In this document: positions 30,648 to 41,909 of the stretch, piece by piece
How positions within the stretch are numbered: position 1 is the first letter of the stretch
Layout of the letters: every line of letters begins with the position of its first letter
Assembly: GCA_965218425.1 (NCBI GenBank)
Contig: OZ244621.1
Span: forward strand, 2,304,001 to 2,368,000
Length of the DNA stretch: 64,000 nucleotides
Source: an uncultured Candidatus Binatia bacterium
GTDB taxonomy: Bacteria; Desulfobacterota; Binatia; UBA9968; CAXXLF01
Reading direction: 5' to 3'
Position numbers and translations under genes: made by a program
The notes under the pieces: generated by a model
Databases searched by the model: none
The model's input: only the letters and a program-made list of their open reading frames with translations
Told to the model about the DNA's origin: nothing

Positions 30648-30718
30648 GGTTGCCTCCTTAGACCCGATGGGATCTGCAGTTTCTTCCTGCCAAAGGGTTT
30701 TTATGGTACAAGAATCAC

Positions 30719-31660
30719 ATGGAGAAAAAAAGCCACTACCGCGTAATCATTCTGGGATCCGGTCCGGCGGGCCTTACCGCCGCCCTCTATGCGGCCAGGG
30801 CAGAGCTGGAGCCCCTGGTGATAGAAGGGAGCCAGCCGGGGGGCCAACTAACCATTACCACCGACGTGGAGAACTATCCAGGATTTCCCAAGGGTATCCT
30901 TGGTCCCGAACTGATGGATGAATTCAAAAGACAGGCGGAGCGATTTGGTACCCGGACTTTATTTGGCGATGTGACAGAGGTCAGCCTCCAGAAAAGGCCT
31001 TTTCAGCTCGAAGTAGGTAAAAATACCCTCACGTGCGATACTCTTATTATTTCAACGGGTGCCTCGGCAAAGCTTTTGGGGCTGGAATCGGAAAAGAAAC
31101 TGATGGGATACGGCGTCTCGGCCTGCGCCACCTGCGACGGTTTTTTCTTTAAAGAAAAGGAAGTGGTCTGCGTCGGGGGAGGAGACACGGCCATGGAGGA
31201 GGCCACCTTTCTCACCAAGTTCGCTTCAAAAGTCCATGTGGTCCATCGCCGGAACAAGCTCCGGGCATCGAAAATCATGCAGGATCGCGCCATGAAAAAC
31301 CCCAAGATCAATTTCATCTGGGACAGTGTAGTGGAAGAGATTAACGGTGATTCCCAAAATGGTGGCGTCACCGGTGTGAGGCTAAAGAACGTAAAAACGG
31401 GAAAGACCGAGGAGTTTAAGTGTGACGGTGTGTTTCTGGCCATCGGGCACGAACCCAACAGCAAGCCCTTCGCGGGACAGTTGGAAATGGATGAGCAGGG
31501 ATATATCCTCACCCATGACGGTACCAAGACCAGCATTCCTGGCGTCTTTGCCTGTGGCGATATACAGGACCATGTCTATCGTCAGGCTGTCACCGCTGCC
31601 GGCTCCGGTTGCATGGCGGCCATCGATGCGGAACGGTTCTTGGAAAGCCAGGAATCCTGA
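30719..31660 (+). CDS. trxB: Thioredoxin-disulfide reductase
   Basis: [45 protein letters not shown]. Confidence 0.97.
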   Translation: MEKKSHYRVIILGSGPAGLTAALYAARAELEPLVIEGSQPGGQLTITTDVENYPGFPKGILGPELMDEFKRQAERFGTRTLFGDVTEVSLQKRPFQLEVGKNTLTCDTLIISTGASAKLLGLESEKKLMGYGVSACATCDGFFFKEKEVVCVGGGDTAMEEATFLTKFASKVHVVHRRNKLRASKIMQDRAMKNPKINFIWDSVVEEINGDSQNGGVTGVRLKNVKTGKTEEFKCDGVFLAIGHEPNSKPFAGQLEMDEQGYILTHDGTKTSIPGVFACGDIQDHVYRQAVTAAGSGCMAAIDAERFLESQES

Positions 31661-31973
31661 TCACGTCAACAAAGATTAAAAATTCTCGCGCCAGGACGCC
31701 AAGCTCGCAAAGAAGAGATGTTTTCTCGCTGAGGGACTTAGCGCCCTTTGCACAAGCCATCCCATTCCGGATCCCTTAATCCAGAATTCAGCAGAGAATT
31801 TAAATATCATTGACTCCTCTTTAAAAAGAGCAATGTTTTTGTTTGTCGTCGGCTCCCGACAAACAAAAGGTTAATTCTCTGCGCCCTCTGCGGTGAGATG
31901 TCCGAATCTTTATCTGCGAGAGTCTGCGTTTAATCGTATTTGACGCTTTGCGCCATGCGCTTTGCCTTTTTGG

Positions 31974-32831
31974 TTACCAATAGTTGTTTGCCATCTGGTA
32001 GACCGCGTGGACCACACCCTCACAGACTTTTGCCATGAACCCCAAGTCCAGGGTATCGATGGTGTCGGTGCGGCCATGATAGTTCGGATTACGAAAAAAC
32101 GAAGTGTCGGTCACCAAGAGCGCAGGATAGTCGAGGTCCCAAAAAGGGGAATGGTCGCTCAAGCGTACCGCGGGAATCAGGGATCCGTTGCCCGGGACCG
32201 CCAGGGTTTCAACGGGCAACCCGGGTACTTTTCGTGTCAGGCGGGAAAACTTTTTCAGCAGCGAGTTTGAGTTCCAATTGCCGACCACAGCAATGAAGTT
32301 CCCTTGTTCAGGGTAAAACCAACTGAGCCCAATGGGGTACTTCTGGCTGCCTGGGCGGTTGTCGGTGTAGCCAACCATTTCGAGAGATATCATGGCATTG
32401 ACTTTAGCTCCGGCAGCCCTGAGTTTTTTCGCGAAATGAGTGCTACCGATCATGTTGAGCTCTTCAAGGTTGAAGGCGCAAAATAGCACCGGAGACCGCA
32501 GTCTCGTTTGTGCCAGAGTGCGGGCGGCCTCAAGCAACACGGCGACGCCGCTCGCGTTGTCGTCTGCTCCCGGGGTCCCCATCACGGAATCGAAGTGGGC
32601 GCCAACGATGATCAGGGGTGAGCGTGGGTTTGATCCACCCCGGCCAATGATGTTGCGGAATTTTCTCCTTCTGTAGTTAAAGGTGTCGTTCTCAACGGTA
32701 AGCCCGTAGCTCCGGAATTCCTTCTCGATGTAGCTTTCGACTGCAGCGAGATGCCCCGGGCTGCTGAAGGGACTTCTCTCTGATACGATGCGTTGGAGTT
32801 TTTTTTCGATCTCTTTAGGGTCGATTCTCAA
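31974..32831 (-). CDS. M28 family metallopeptidase
   Basis: [31 protein letters not shown]...D. Confidence 0.9.
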   Translation of the reverse strand: MRIDPKEIEKKLQRIVSERSPFSSPGHLAAVESYIEKEFRSYGLTVENDTFNYRRRKFRNIIGRGGSNPRSPLIIVGAHFDSVMGTPGADDNASGVAVLLEAARTLAQTRLRSPVLFCAFNLEELNMIGSTHFAKKLRAAGAKVNAMISLEMVGYTDNRPGSQKYPIGLSWFYPEQGNFIAVVGNWNSNSLLKKFSRLTRKVPGLPVETLAVPGNGSLIPAVRLSDHSPFWDLDYPALLVTDTSFFRNPNYHGRTDTIDTLDLGFMAKVCEGVVHAVYQMANNYW

Positions 32832-33598
32832 GAAGTACTATCCCGCATTCTCACGGGAACCCCCCGATCTTTGAGATAGGATTTGCACTCCTGGATGGTG
32901 TATTCCTGATAATGGAAGATGGATGCGGCCAGGGCGGCACTGGCATTGCCCGTTGCGAGTCCCTGGTGGATATGTTTGGGTGTCCCCACGCCGCCGGATG
33001 CGATAACAGGAATGACGACTCGGTCTGAGATGGCTCGGGTGAGCTTTAGATCATAGCCGTTCTTGGTACCATCCCGATCCATGCTGGTCAGGAGTATTTC
33101 ACCGGCACCGAAGGTTGCCATTTGATCCGCCCAGGTGCAGGCATCGAGTCCGGTGGGCTTTCTTCCCCCATGGGTAAAGACTTCCCAATGGTCACCCACA
33201 CTCTTGGCGTCAATGGCGACAACGATACATTGGCTGCCAAAGGTTTCTGCCGCTTCCCGAACGAACTCTGGCCTGGTCACCGCCCCGGTGTTGATGGAAA
33301 CTTTGTCGGCACCGGCCTTGAGGAGCTTTCTGATGTCGTCCAGTTGATTGATCCCGCCTCCGACCGTGAGGGGCATAAAGACCTGATCAGCGGTCCGCGC
33401 CACGATGTCCAAGATGATTTGTCTCTTCTCGTGGGAAGCGGTGATATCCAAAAAGCAGAGCTCGTCGGCTCCCTCCTGATCGTAGAGCCTGGCAACCTCC
33501 ACCGGGTCTCCCGCGTCCTTGAGTCCGACAAAATTGACCCCCTTGACAACCCGTCCCGCGTCAACGTCAAGGCATGGGATGATTCGTTTGGTCAGCAT
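32828..33598 (-). CDS. hisF: Imidazole glycerol phosphate synthase cyclase subunit
   Basis: [42 protein letters not shown]. Confidence 0.97.
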   Translation of the reverse strand: MLTKRIIPCLDVDAGRVVKGVNFVGLKDAGDPVEVARLYDQEGADELCFLDITASHEKRQIILDIVARTADQVFMPLTVGGGINQLDDIRKLLKAGADKVSINTGAVTRPEFVREAAETFGSQCIVVAIDAKSVGDHWEVFTHGGRKPTGLDACTWADQMATFGAGEILLTSMDRDGTKNGYDLKLTRAISDRVVIPVIASGGVGTPKHIHQGLATGNASAALAASIFHYQEYTIQECKSYLKDRGVPVRMRDSTS

Positions 33599-33864
33599 AA
33601 AAACTATTTTTGCTCTCGCGTTCCGCGATTATTCCTTATTTCCTAACTTTAAGACCTAGACAGAAATATAATCAAAAGGCGGCAGAATAGGAAGCGCCCT
33701 AATATTCACTCTCCCGGTGCGGATTTTTGACCGAGAAAGGGGGCTTTTCGTGTCAGTACGGGTGCTTTCGTGGATTAAGGAGAGAGTTTGTGGATGATTG
33801 ACATTAGCTTTCTTGCGGTGATAGGGTTCGGGCCGTCAGTCGTCAGACAAGAGGAGACAGTACG

Positions 33865-34896
33865 ATGAAAAGAACAATACTTGTTTTTTTCAGTTTGTCT
33901 CTAGCCGTCGTTTCTGTGATAGCGTCCTCGACAATAGCTTCAAGCGAGGACTTTTACAAAGGTAAGACCCTAAGGTTTCTCGTGCCATTTCCGCCTAGCG
34001 GCGGTTGGGATGCCTATAGAAGAGTCGCCGCTAAACACATTACCAAATACATTCCCGGAAAACCTTCCATCATTGTTCAGAACATGCCTGGGGCCAGCGG
34101 CATGGTAGGGGTGAATTTTCTCTACAATAGGGTAAAGCCAGACGGGCTCACCATAGGAATGTTTCAGACCACCAATGCCTTTTTGCAGCTTGCGGGAGAC
34201 TCGGCCGTAAAGTTCGACGTAGGGAAAGCAAACTGGCTCGGCGTTTTTTCCACCCGCGTCAGTACCTGTGTGGTGCGCACGGATTCTCCCTTCAAGACAA
34301 TCCAGGATATAATTGATTCCAAGGAACCCTTGCATAGTGACGCAGTGTCACGGAGTGGCGGAACAACCATGGAACCCATGTTGATGAACAAGATCCTGAA
34401 AACGAACATCGAAGTGGTTTCGGGGTATCCGGGGACCTCTGCTATTCGTATGGCCTTGAGACGAGGAGCAGTGCAGGGGATTTGTGGGTGGGGCTGGGCT
34501 TCGGTCAAGTCCACTGGCAAGGAACTTTTGGAAAAGGGGACCATCCGGGTTCTGATACAGGCTGCTAACCAACGTGAGCCTGACATTCCGAAGGATGTGT
34601 CTCTGATCACCGACTTGGCTCCCAGTGATATGCGCCCCCTTTTAAACGTCGATCTTATCCCCCGGACCGTGGGATGGAACATGATGCTGCAGCCAGGCGT
34701 GCCTCAGGATCGGGTGAATATACTTCAAGATGCTTTTGACACGACTATGAAGGACCCGAAGTTTCTAGAGCACGCCGAAAAGGTCAGGCTGCCCATAAGG
34801 CCCTTAAGGGGAGAGCGGATTGCCCAAATGTTTGATCAACTCTTCAAGGAAGCGACTCCAGACGTAATCACCGAGCTTAAAAAAATAATGCACTAA
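33865..34896 (+). CDS. Bug/TctC family tripartite tricarboxylate transporter substrate-binding protein
   Basis: FYKGKT, VPFPPSGGWD, IPGKPSIIVQNMPGASG, KPDGLTI. Confidence 0.88.
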   Translation: MKRTILVFFSLSLAVVSVIASSTIASSEDFYKGKTLRFLVPFPPSGGWDAYRRVAAKHITKYIPGKPSIIVQNMPGASGMVGVNFLYNRVKPDGLTIGMFQTTNAFLQLAGDSAVKFDVGKANWLGVFSTRVSTCVVRTDSPFKTIQDIIDSKEPLHSDAVSRSGGTTMEPMLMNKILKTNIEVVSGYPGTSAIRMALRRGAVQGICGWGWASVKSTGKELLEKGTIRVLIQAANQREPDIPKDVSLITDLAPSDMRPLLNVDLIPRTVGWNMMLQPGVPQDRVNILQDAFDTTMKDPKFLEHAEKVRLPIRPLRGERIAQMFDQLFKEATPDVITELKKIMH

Positions 34897-34932
34897 TCAC
34901 CCCATCCATTTTACTACGAGGATTAGACAACT

Positions 34933-35892
34933 ATGGTGAAGAATTCACACGTCAAGATGGTTTTGCCACCTGCCCCCTGGACGAAGGCCCTCGAGGAAGG
35001 CTCCGTGAAAGTGCCCGGGCTATCGTGGGAAGCCATGACCGAAATCTCTGGCGCCCCTGAACGTTTTGTGGCGACCCATGCAGAGGATATAGACGTAGGG
35101 GAGAATGGTCTGCGGCGATACATCATTGACCTGCTAAAGGGTGCTCCCCGCCTGGCGATTCCAGCTTTCTTTGGCCGTGAACACATGCAGCGTAACCTCC
35201 TTGTGAGTGCAGATTCGGGTTTCACCCACCCGCGAGACCTGGCGGGTAAAAAAATCGGCTCGCGCCTGACCGTTTCCTCCGGTACAGGCGCCGCAGTGCT
35301 CATGATGCTGGAACAGGGGTACAATCTACCCCTCGGCGATATGATTTTCTGCATGGGGGATCCGGACAATCTCAAAAACAACCGAATGGGTCTTCAGGTC
35401 AAACAGGGACCCGCCACCGACAAGGAGGGTTTCCAGCTTCTGATCAAAGGGGAGCTGGACGCGCTCATTCTCACCAGTGGTCCGCGCTATTTTTCCATGT
35501 TCGGTCACGACCGGCTCGACGAGGCGGTGGCCGCCCATCCCGGGGTACGGGTACTGATTAACGACCCATCCATGATTGCGGAGACCTATCGTAGGTCAGG
35601 GCTATACCCCATATCGGACCTAGTGGTTCTGGGCCAAAAGGCCGTTGCCACCGACCCCGAAGTGCCGGCGAAGGTACTTACGGCCCTTTCCGAAGCGAAT
35701 AAACGGTCGTCCAACTATCGCAATGAAGCGGAAGAAAAATTGGCCCGGGACGAGATAGCGCTCCTTGGTACCGACCCCCATGAATACAAGCTCGGGACGG
35801 AGCAACGAAAAAATATCGCGGCCTATACGGACTTCTTCTATCGGATGGGCGCTATTGAAAAGTACGTGGAACCGGAGGATCTCTTTATATAA
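34933..35892 (+). CDS. Periplasmic-binding-fold protein similar to the 4,5-dihydroxyphthalate decarboxylase family
   Basis: 'ALEEGSVKVPGL', 'AIPAF..R', 'PRDLAGKKIG', 'GELDALI', 'YRRSGLYPI'; no signal peptide. Confidence 0.6.
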   Translation: MVKNSHVKMVLPPAPWTKALEEGSVKVPGLSWEAMTEISGAPERFVATHAEDIDVGENGLRRYIIDLLKGAPRLAIPAFFGREHMQRNLLVSADSGFTHPRDLAGKKIGSRLTVSSGTGAAVLMMLEQGYNLPLGDMIFCMGDPDNLKNNRMGLQVKQGPATDKEGFQLLIKGELDALILTSGPRYFSMFGHDRLDEAVAAHPGVRVLINDPSMIAETYRRSGLYPISDLVVLGQKAVATDPEVPAKVLTALSEANKRSSNYRNEAEEKLARDEIALLGTDPHEYKLGTEQRKNIAAYTDFFYRMGAIEKYVEPEDLFI

Positions 35893-35910
35893 CGCTGCCG
35901 GTGGAAATCT

Positions 35911-36400
35911 TTATGGTTGGTAACCGTACTCTATCAACCGTTTGAGCATTCGTTCCTGAATCTCCACGGGCCAGGCCGCATCAAAAGAGGATTTCGCCGG
36001 GATCTGCTCCTTGCTCCAATGCTTTGGCCAGGTACAGTCGAAAAGGGCCCTGGCACCCCGAGCGTTTTTCTCTCTTCCGAGCTCAAAAACGGGATCAAGG
36101 ATCCTCTCACCGTGGGTGAGAACTTGTGAATATTGCGTTCAGGGTGACAGCGAGTGCTGAAGGCCCAAAGGACCTCTCCCATGTTGGTCACATCAATGTC
36201 TTCGTCAAAAATAAATAGGTGATAGGGCAGGGGGCGTACGGCCTGGGAGCTCCAGACGGCCGATGCCGTGGGGTCCGTGCATAATAGGGGTAAAGCATTT
36301 TCGTAGAAACAAACAGGAGATTGGTGGCGCCTTCAGGAGGCGAATAGAGTCCGGTGACGGGGAAACCCCGATCCCTGAGATCTTCTAGTAGAGCGCCCAT
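35911..36400 (-). pseudogene. UbiD family decarboxylase, C-terminal remnant with frameshifts
   Basis: DEDIDVTNMGEVLWAFSTRCHP, LIPFL, ALFDCTWP spread over several frames; N-terminal part absent. Confidence 0.78.
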
Positions 36401-36532
36401 TGTTTACGTATAAATGGTTGACTTATCAAGCATTTATCAGCAATATCAACATAATCAGTCGATCAGCGTTGAAACGATGATCAAGGGACGAGAATGAGCC
36501 GCGAAATGTGATGGTAAGGGAAGAGAGGCGCT

Positions 36533-37618
36533 TCAGTCTCGAATATCTTGGGTAAACCAATTCGTTGGGACTTCCAGGCCAAGGCCAAGTTCCCTTGCCC
36601 TGCGGACCACGTACTCGGCCACGGATGCGAACTGGAGACCCTGAGTGCCGTCATTAACGAAAAAGGTTTTTTGTCCGTTGTCAGTCCGTCCTTGTATCCT
36701 TCCAGACATTATTTCGGTCAAGGTGGGATAGCTCTTTTCGAAGAGATCCACAGCGGGTTGGCGAATTCTTCCCATCTCCGACTCGCTTCCGGCTACGTAG
36801 GCGGCATAGCCGGCGATGCGCTGCATCCCTTCATCGAGGCTTAGGATCGTCCCGCGCCCGAGTTTGATTACCAGGTGACAGTGATCAACGATTTCCGGAG
36901 ACCACTCGTTTGGTCTGACGCAGGTGAGGTGGACTCCGGGCGCGATCCAGCCTGGCTCCCGCACCACCACCTCAATGGAATCGGTGCAGGTGGCTACGAT
37001 GTCCGACCCCTTTACGACCTTTTGTATGTCCTGTTCGGGGACCACGTCCAACTTGAGTTGAGCGCTCATTTCCCTCGCAAAAGTTTCGCGGTGCTCCCTG
37101 GTCGGGCTGTAAACCTTGACCCTGCTCAAATCTCGTACTTCGTGAAAAGCTTCGAGATAGCTGCGTGCCATGCCGCCGGACCCAAGCATGCCCACCACGG
37201 ATGCGTCGGCTCTTGCCAGGTACCTGGCGCCCAATCCGGCACAGGCCCCCACCCTCATGTGCTGTATGATACCGTCGTTGACCATGGCCAGCGGCTCCGC
37301 GTTACGGGTGGAAAAAACCAGGATCAATCCACAATAGGTCCCCGGTTCGATGCAGTACTTCTCAACTGTCTTTCCATCCGGCCAATGAAGCATGTCGGAC
37401 TTCATGCGAATGGCAAAAGTCTCATGGGTACGGGAGACTCCCTCCATGGTACCCCAGCGAAACATTAACTCCGGGTCATCGTTTGGAGCGAAGATATCGA
37501 TCCTCGGTCTGTAACGCGCTCGATCCTGGCTGAGATCCTTGTAGCCGACCTCCAGGGCTTCCAGACATCCCTTCATGTTGAGGATCTTTTCCACAGTCTG
37601 GTTATTTATGATTAGCAT
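36533..37618 (-). CDS. Ornithine cyclodeaminase / mu-crystallin family protein
   Basis: MRVGAC.GLGARYLAR.DA, GSGGMAR, VKVYSPT, DIVATCT, GLQFASVA. Confidence 0.88.
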   Translation of the reverse strand: MLIINNQTVEKILNMKGCLEALEVGYKDLSQDRARYRPRIDIFAPNDDPELMFRWGTMEGVSRTHETFAIRMKSDMLHWPDGKTVEKYCIEPGTYCGLILVFSTRNAEPLAMVNDGIIQHMRVGACAGLGARYLARADASVVGMLGSGGMARSYLEAFHEVRDLSRVKVYSPTREHRETFAREMSAQLKLDVVPEQDIQKVVKGSDIVATCTDSIEVVVREPGWIAPGVHLTCVRPNEWSPEIVDHCHLVIKLGRGTILSLDEGMQRIAGYAAYVAGSESEMGRIRQPAVDLFEKSYPTLTEIMSGRIQGRTDNGQKTFFVNDGTQGLQFASVAEYVVRRARELGLGLEVPTNWFTQDIRD

Positions 37619-38006
37619 GGCTCATCCCTATCATATTTCGAAAGCCCAGCCAAAGTTTGAAGAACTATTAACCGTAGATATTCGCAGACTGGGAAACGGC
37701 AAGATGCATAGTGCAAAACGCAGGAAGTGGATTGCTGAATCGGGATGAAGATGTCTCGCGCAAAGCGAAACCAGTGGGCAGTTCGCAGTGAGCGGTATGC
37801 GGTAGTCAAGGTTGAATTCAAGAAAGGCAAGGTGGAGGGACTGATTTCTTGCTGCTTGCTGCCTCCCGCTCGCTGTTCTCGCTTTGCGAACTTACCCCCC
37901 TATTGAACCGGTTCCTTTTGTCGTATAGTCTTTCATCCAAAACGAATGCCCCTAGCCGGCATTGGACTCCAAAAAATTTATTGAACTCAGCAACACCAAC
38001 CATCCG

Positions 38007-39341
38007 ATGCTGAAGCGAATCGTTGACGTAAAAAACGGCGAATCCCGTGCCCTGTGGTGGTCTTTTGCATACTTCTTTTTTTTGTTGTGCAGCTACTACA
38101 TTTTACGCCCGGTGCGAGATGAAATGGGCATCCAGGGCGGAGTGAGAAGTCTCAAGTGGGTGTTCACGGGTACCTTTGTGGCCATGCTATTCGCCGTTCC
38201 GATCTTTGGTGCAGTGGCCGCACGGTTCCCCCGGCAAAAACTCCTGCCGATTGTTTATTATTTTTTCATTATCGACATCCTGATTTTCTATGTCTTGTTG
38301 GAAAGCGGCATCGCAACCCCTTATGTGGCGCGGGCCTTCTTTATCTGGGTCAGCGTCTTCAACCTCTTTGTGATCTCTGTCTTCTGGAGTTTTATGGCAG
38401 ACTTGTTCACCAACGAACAGGCACGGCGACTTTTTGGCTTTATTGCTGCCGGTGGGAGCGCGGGGGCCATCATAGGTCCATCGGTGACGGCGGTGCTCGC
38501 CAGGCCCCTTGGAACGTTTAACCTGTTATTGATTTCTGCCGTGATTCTGGGTTTGGCGGTTGTATGTATCCGGCAATTGGGAAACTGGGCCGCACAGTCC
38601 GAAGGCATTGTCACTTCGAATGAAAATGAGATTTCGGAAGAAGTAACGGCGACGGACGCCCAATATGCGAAGGCGCCTGTTGGAGGGGGTGTCTTCACCG
38701 GGATAAAGGCGGTTTTCCAGTCACCCTATCTACTGGGAATCGGCCTTTATATCTGGCTATACACGACGCTGTCTACCTTTTTGTATTTTGAGCAGGCCCA
38801 TATCGTGAAGGAGGCTTTTGCCGACTCAGAAAGCAGAACTGCACTATTCGCTTACATGGACCTTGCGGTGAATTCCCTCACGGTGGTTGGACAGGTGCTC
38901 GTCACGGCGAAAATCGTTGGCCGTTTTGGTCTGCCAATTACCCTGGCACTTTTACCTGGCCTGGCGGTATTGGGCTTTTTCGTGTTGGGATTATTCCCTT
39001 CTCTCGCCGTGCTCATCGGTTTTCAAATCGTGCGCAGGGCCGGTAACTATGGCATCGCATGGCCGGCCCGGGAGATGCTCTACACGGTGATAAGCCGTGA
39101 GGAGAAGTACAAGGCAAAAAATTTCATCGACACGGTGCTTTACCGTGGGGGCGACGCGGTGAGCGGATGGGTTTTTGCAGCTCTGCAAGGCGCAGGACTC
39201 GGGCTCTCGGCGATCTCTTTTGTGGCCGCTCCCATTGCCGCTGTTTGGTTGGTCACGGGCTGGGGATTGGGAAAGAAACAGGAGACCCTACGAACACCAC
39301 CAACCAACGAAGCAATACCGGAACACGTTTTACAGACCTGA
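38007..39341 (+). CDS. MFS transporter, NTP/NDP-exchange (TLC/Npt)-like family
   Basis: YYILRPVRD, FWSFMADLF..EQARRLFG.I, PAREML, EEKYKAKNFIDT..YRGGD. Confidence 0.85.
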   Translation: MLKRIVDVKNGESRALWWSFAYFFFLLCSYYILRPVRDEMGIQGGVRSLKWVFTGTFVAMLFAVPIFGAVAARFPRQKLLPIVYYFFIIDILIFYVLLESGIATPYVARAFFIWVSVFNLFVISVFWSFMADLFTNEQARRLFGFIAAGGSAGAIIGPSVTAVLARPLGTFNLLLISAVILGLAVVCIRQLGNWAAQSEGIVTSNENEISEEVTATDAQYAKAPVGGGVFTGIKAVFQSPYLLGIGLYIWLYTTLSTFLYFEQAHIVKEAFADSESRTALFAYMDLAVNSLTVVGQVLVTAKIVGRFGLPITLALLPGLAVLGFFVLGLFPSLAVLIGFQIVRRAGNYGIAWPAREMLYTVISREEKYKAKNFIDTVLYRGGDAVSGWVFAALQGAGLGLSAISFVAAPIAAVWLVTGWGLGKKQETLRTPPTNEAIPEHVLQT

Positions 39342-39375
39342 ATGTAGTTATAGTATTTGGCATGGAGGAGAGATT

Positions 39376-40341
39376 ATGGTTGAACATGATGAGTTTCATA
39401 TTTCTTGGACGAGCGATCTTTCGCGGCGCAACGTTCTCAAGTTGCTGCTAGGATTCGGTGCGAGCCTCACCATGGGGCGGTTGCCGGATCTTTTTGCCGC
39501 CCAGTCCATACTGAAGCGACCCATCCCACGCACGGGCGAGCTGATAACGGCGGTTGGGCTCGGCACCTCTGGAAGATTCAACGTGGGTCCTGACGCTAGC
39601 GACAGGGCGCCGGTGAAAGAGGTCCTCCGCCTCTTCGTCGAGATGGGAGGTGCACTGGTGGATACCTCGCCCAGCTACAGGAGGTCCGAGGGTGTGCTGG
39701 GAGATCTATCGGCAGAGCTGGGAATTCGAAAATCCCTGTTTCTCGCCACCAAGGTCAGTACCTGGGAAGACCGTGAAGAGGGAATAGAACAGATGGAAGG
39801 ATCCCTGAAAGCGCTGCATACCGATCGAGTTGACCTCATGCAGGTGCACAACCTGAAAAACTGGAAGACTCACCTTAAGACGCTACGGGAATGGAAAGAT
39901 GCGGGCAGTATCCGCTACCTGGGTGTGACCACTTCCCAGGTGGTGGACTTCGAAGAGATGGAAAGCATCATTCGCAGTGAAAAACCGGACTTCGTTCAGC
40001 TCAACTACAATATCGAAACTCGGGACGCCGAAAAACGACTGCTACCCCTGGCCGCGGATAGCGGGACGGCCGTTCTAGTAAACCGGCCGTTCCAGCGGGC
40101 ACGTTTGTTCAGGAAGGTAAGAGCGCTTGGCGCCCGGCCACCTTCCTGGGCGGCCGAGTTCGATTGCGAAACCTGGGGCCAGTTCATGTTGAAGTTCATA
40201 CTCTCCCATCCAGCGGTGACCTGCACCATACCAGCCACCCGAAAACCTAAACACCTGGTGGACAATATGGGCGCGGGAATGGGGCGTCTCCCCGATAAAA
40301 AGATGCGCCGCCGCATGGTGGAGCTGGCGGGTAACCTTTAG
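39376..40341 (+). CDS. Aldo/keto reductase with twin-arginine signal
   Basis: SRRNVLK, GLGT, DTSPSY, LATK, DLMQVHNL, IPAT.KPKHL.DN. Confidence 0.9.
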   Translation: MVEHDEFHISWTSDLSRRNVLKLLLGFGASLTMGRLPDLFAAQSILKRPIPRTGELITAVGLGTSGRFNVGPDASDRAPVKEVLRLFVEMGGALVDTSPSYRRSEGVLGDLSAELGIRKSLFLATKVSTWEDREEGIEQMEGSLKALHTDRVDLMQVHNLKNWKTHLKTLREWKDAGSIRYLGVTTSQVVDFEEMESIIRSEKPDFVQLNYNIETRDAEKRLLPLAADSGTAVLVNRPFQRARLFRKVRALGARPPSWAAEFDCETWGQFMLKFILSHPAVTCTIPATRKPKHLVDNMGAGMGRLPDKKMRRRMVELAGNL

Positions 40342-40729
40342 GAGAGATTTAACCGCAGACCAGCGCAGACTATCGCAGATAGTTGACAGCAAAGGGCAGA
40401 GCGCAAAGCGTCCCGGCTCAGTGATTAGTGTTCAGGGTTCAATCATCAGATTAGGTGTAAGGGGTTGGGTATAGGGTTTAGGCTTCACCTCCGCCTACCC
40501 CCTTTACCCTTTCTTAATCCCCACTCAGTACTCAGCACTTCTACTCAGTGGTGATATCGATATGCGCCCAGCTCATTTCCCTTGGCGTCCTTTGCGTCTT
40601 TGCGCGAGTCGTCCTCTATCCGATGCTTTAAACGCGATTCCAATGGATACCTCCAAATATGTTTGGTTATTTTTTTGGGTTAACCATTTCGACTGCGCCG
40701 CGCCTAGGTGGCTGTAGGCTCGAAAGGTG

Positions 40730-41480
40730 AAATCGGTGGCAAACTCTCCCTGCGGAGAAAAAACGGAATCTTCGACGCCGCTATGAAAGGCACCGTCAAT
40801 TATCTCCGGAAAAACGACGTGAGCTACGCGAAAGGCGAGAGAAGCGCCGGGGATATTCCCGGGGGCGGAAGAGGGATTCGCGTACGAAACGACAACAGAA
40901 AAAGCGGCAGCGCCGAAGGCAGAGAGAGTACCGGTGAGACCCATGGACAATGAGGACCAGAGAATCCGTCATTTTCTGAATCGAACCACCTTTGGCGCCA
41001 CCGGTGTTGAAGTTCAAGAGGTCAATGGGGAAAGTTGCCCGCCTGGTTAAATCCGGTGTGGGTGTGGAGATTGCATTCACCTCAGTGAGGAAGTAGTGGT
41101 CGAATAGCCGGAAACCTGCAGAAGTTAACCGAGGGGATTGTGGCTTTTTACCGAGACCCGGGAGATCGGATGGAAGACGTTATTCTTCTAACGTTATCAA
41201 AGTTTGGATGAGCGGTTAAGGAAAATGGAAATCATGGCACTGACCACGGTCACGCCAACATAATTTTTGTCCTGGGTGGAAAAGTTCAGGGTGGAAAAGT
41301 CTACGGTCGATGGCCCGGACTCGAGCCAGAGCTTCTGTACGAAGGAAGGGATCCGGAGCTTACCACGGATTACCGTCATGTTTGCGATGATGTGCTCCAC
41401 CACCATCTGGGTGTGCGGAACTTCAGCCGCATTTTTCCTGGGCCTGCGACCCTCCACCAACCTATTCCAGTGGAAGATTT
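40730..41480 (+). pseudogene. Collapsed DUF3106 - DUF1800 - DUF1501 operon remnant
   Basis: RWQTLPAEKKRNLRRRYERHRQLSPEKRRELRER (DUF3106-like); MDNEDQRIRHFLNRTTFG (DUF1800 start); SKFG*AVKENGNHGTDHGH...GGKVYGRWPGL...YEGRD..TTDYR (DUF1501 end). Confidence 0.72.
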
Positions 41481-41800
41481 GAGTGGATGGGACCAGCCCG
41501 TGGAAATTCTGTTCACTGATTCCTTGATCTTGCAGCGGCAATTGCCTCTTGCAAAGTGAAGGCCCCTACATAGAGGGCACGCCCTACGATCACACCCTCT
41601 ACTCCATCCCCCTCAATATTCTTGAGGCAGCGGATGTCGTCTAATTGGCCGACTCCCCGCGGCGAGATGACCCATGTCCCAATAAGCCCGGATTAGGGGG
41701 ATTTAGGTGTCGTTCCATTTGCGCCCACAGTATACCCCTTGACAAATTTATTTTATTTGATTACATGAACTTATAATATTTGTATTACTGAATAACATCT

Positions 41801-41867
41801 GACTGCTTCCCGGCCTTGGGTCAAGCCGCTTCGGTCGCCATGGGCATCAAGCCCCGACGAAGCAGTC
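41801..41867 (+). promoter_or_regulatory. Candidate structured 5' leader of the usp gene
   Basis: GACTGCTTC/GAAGCAGTC closing stem enclosing two hairpins; lies after an AT-rich region with TTGACA (41739) and TATAAT (41772). Confidence 0.4.
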
Positions 41868-41909
41868 CCCACATCCGAGACGCAGTTTGAGTAAGATGGG
41901 AGATTCTCC

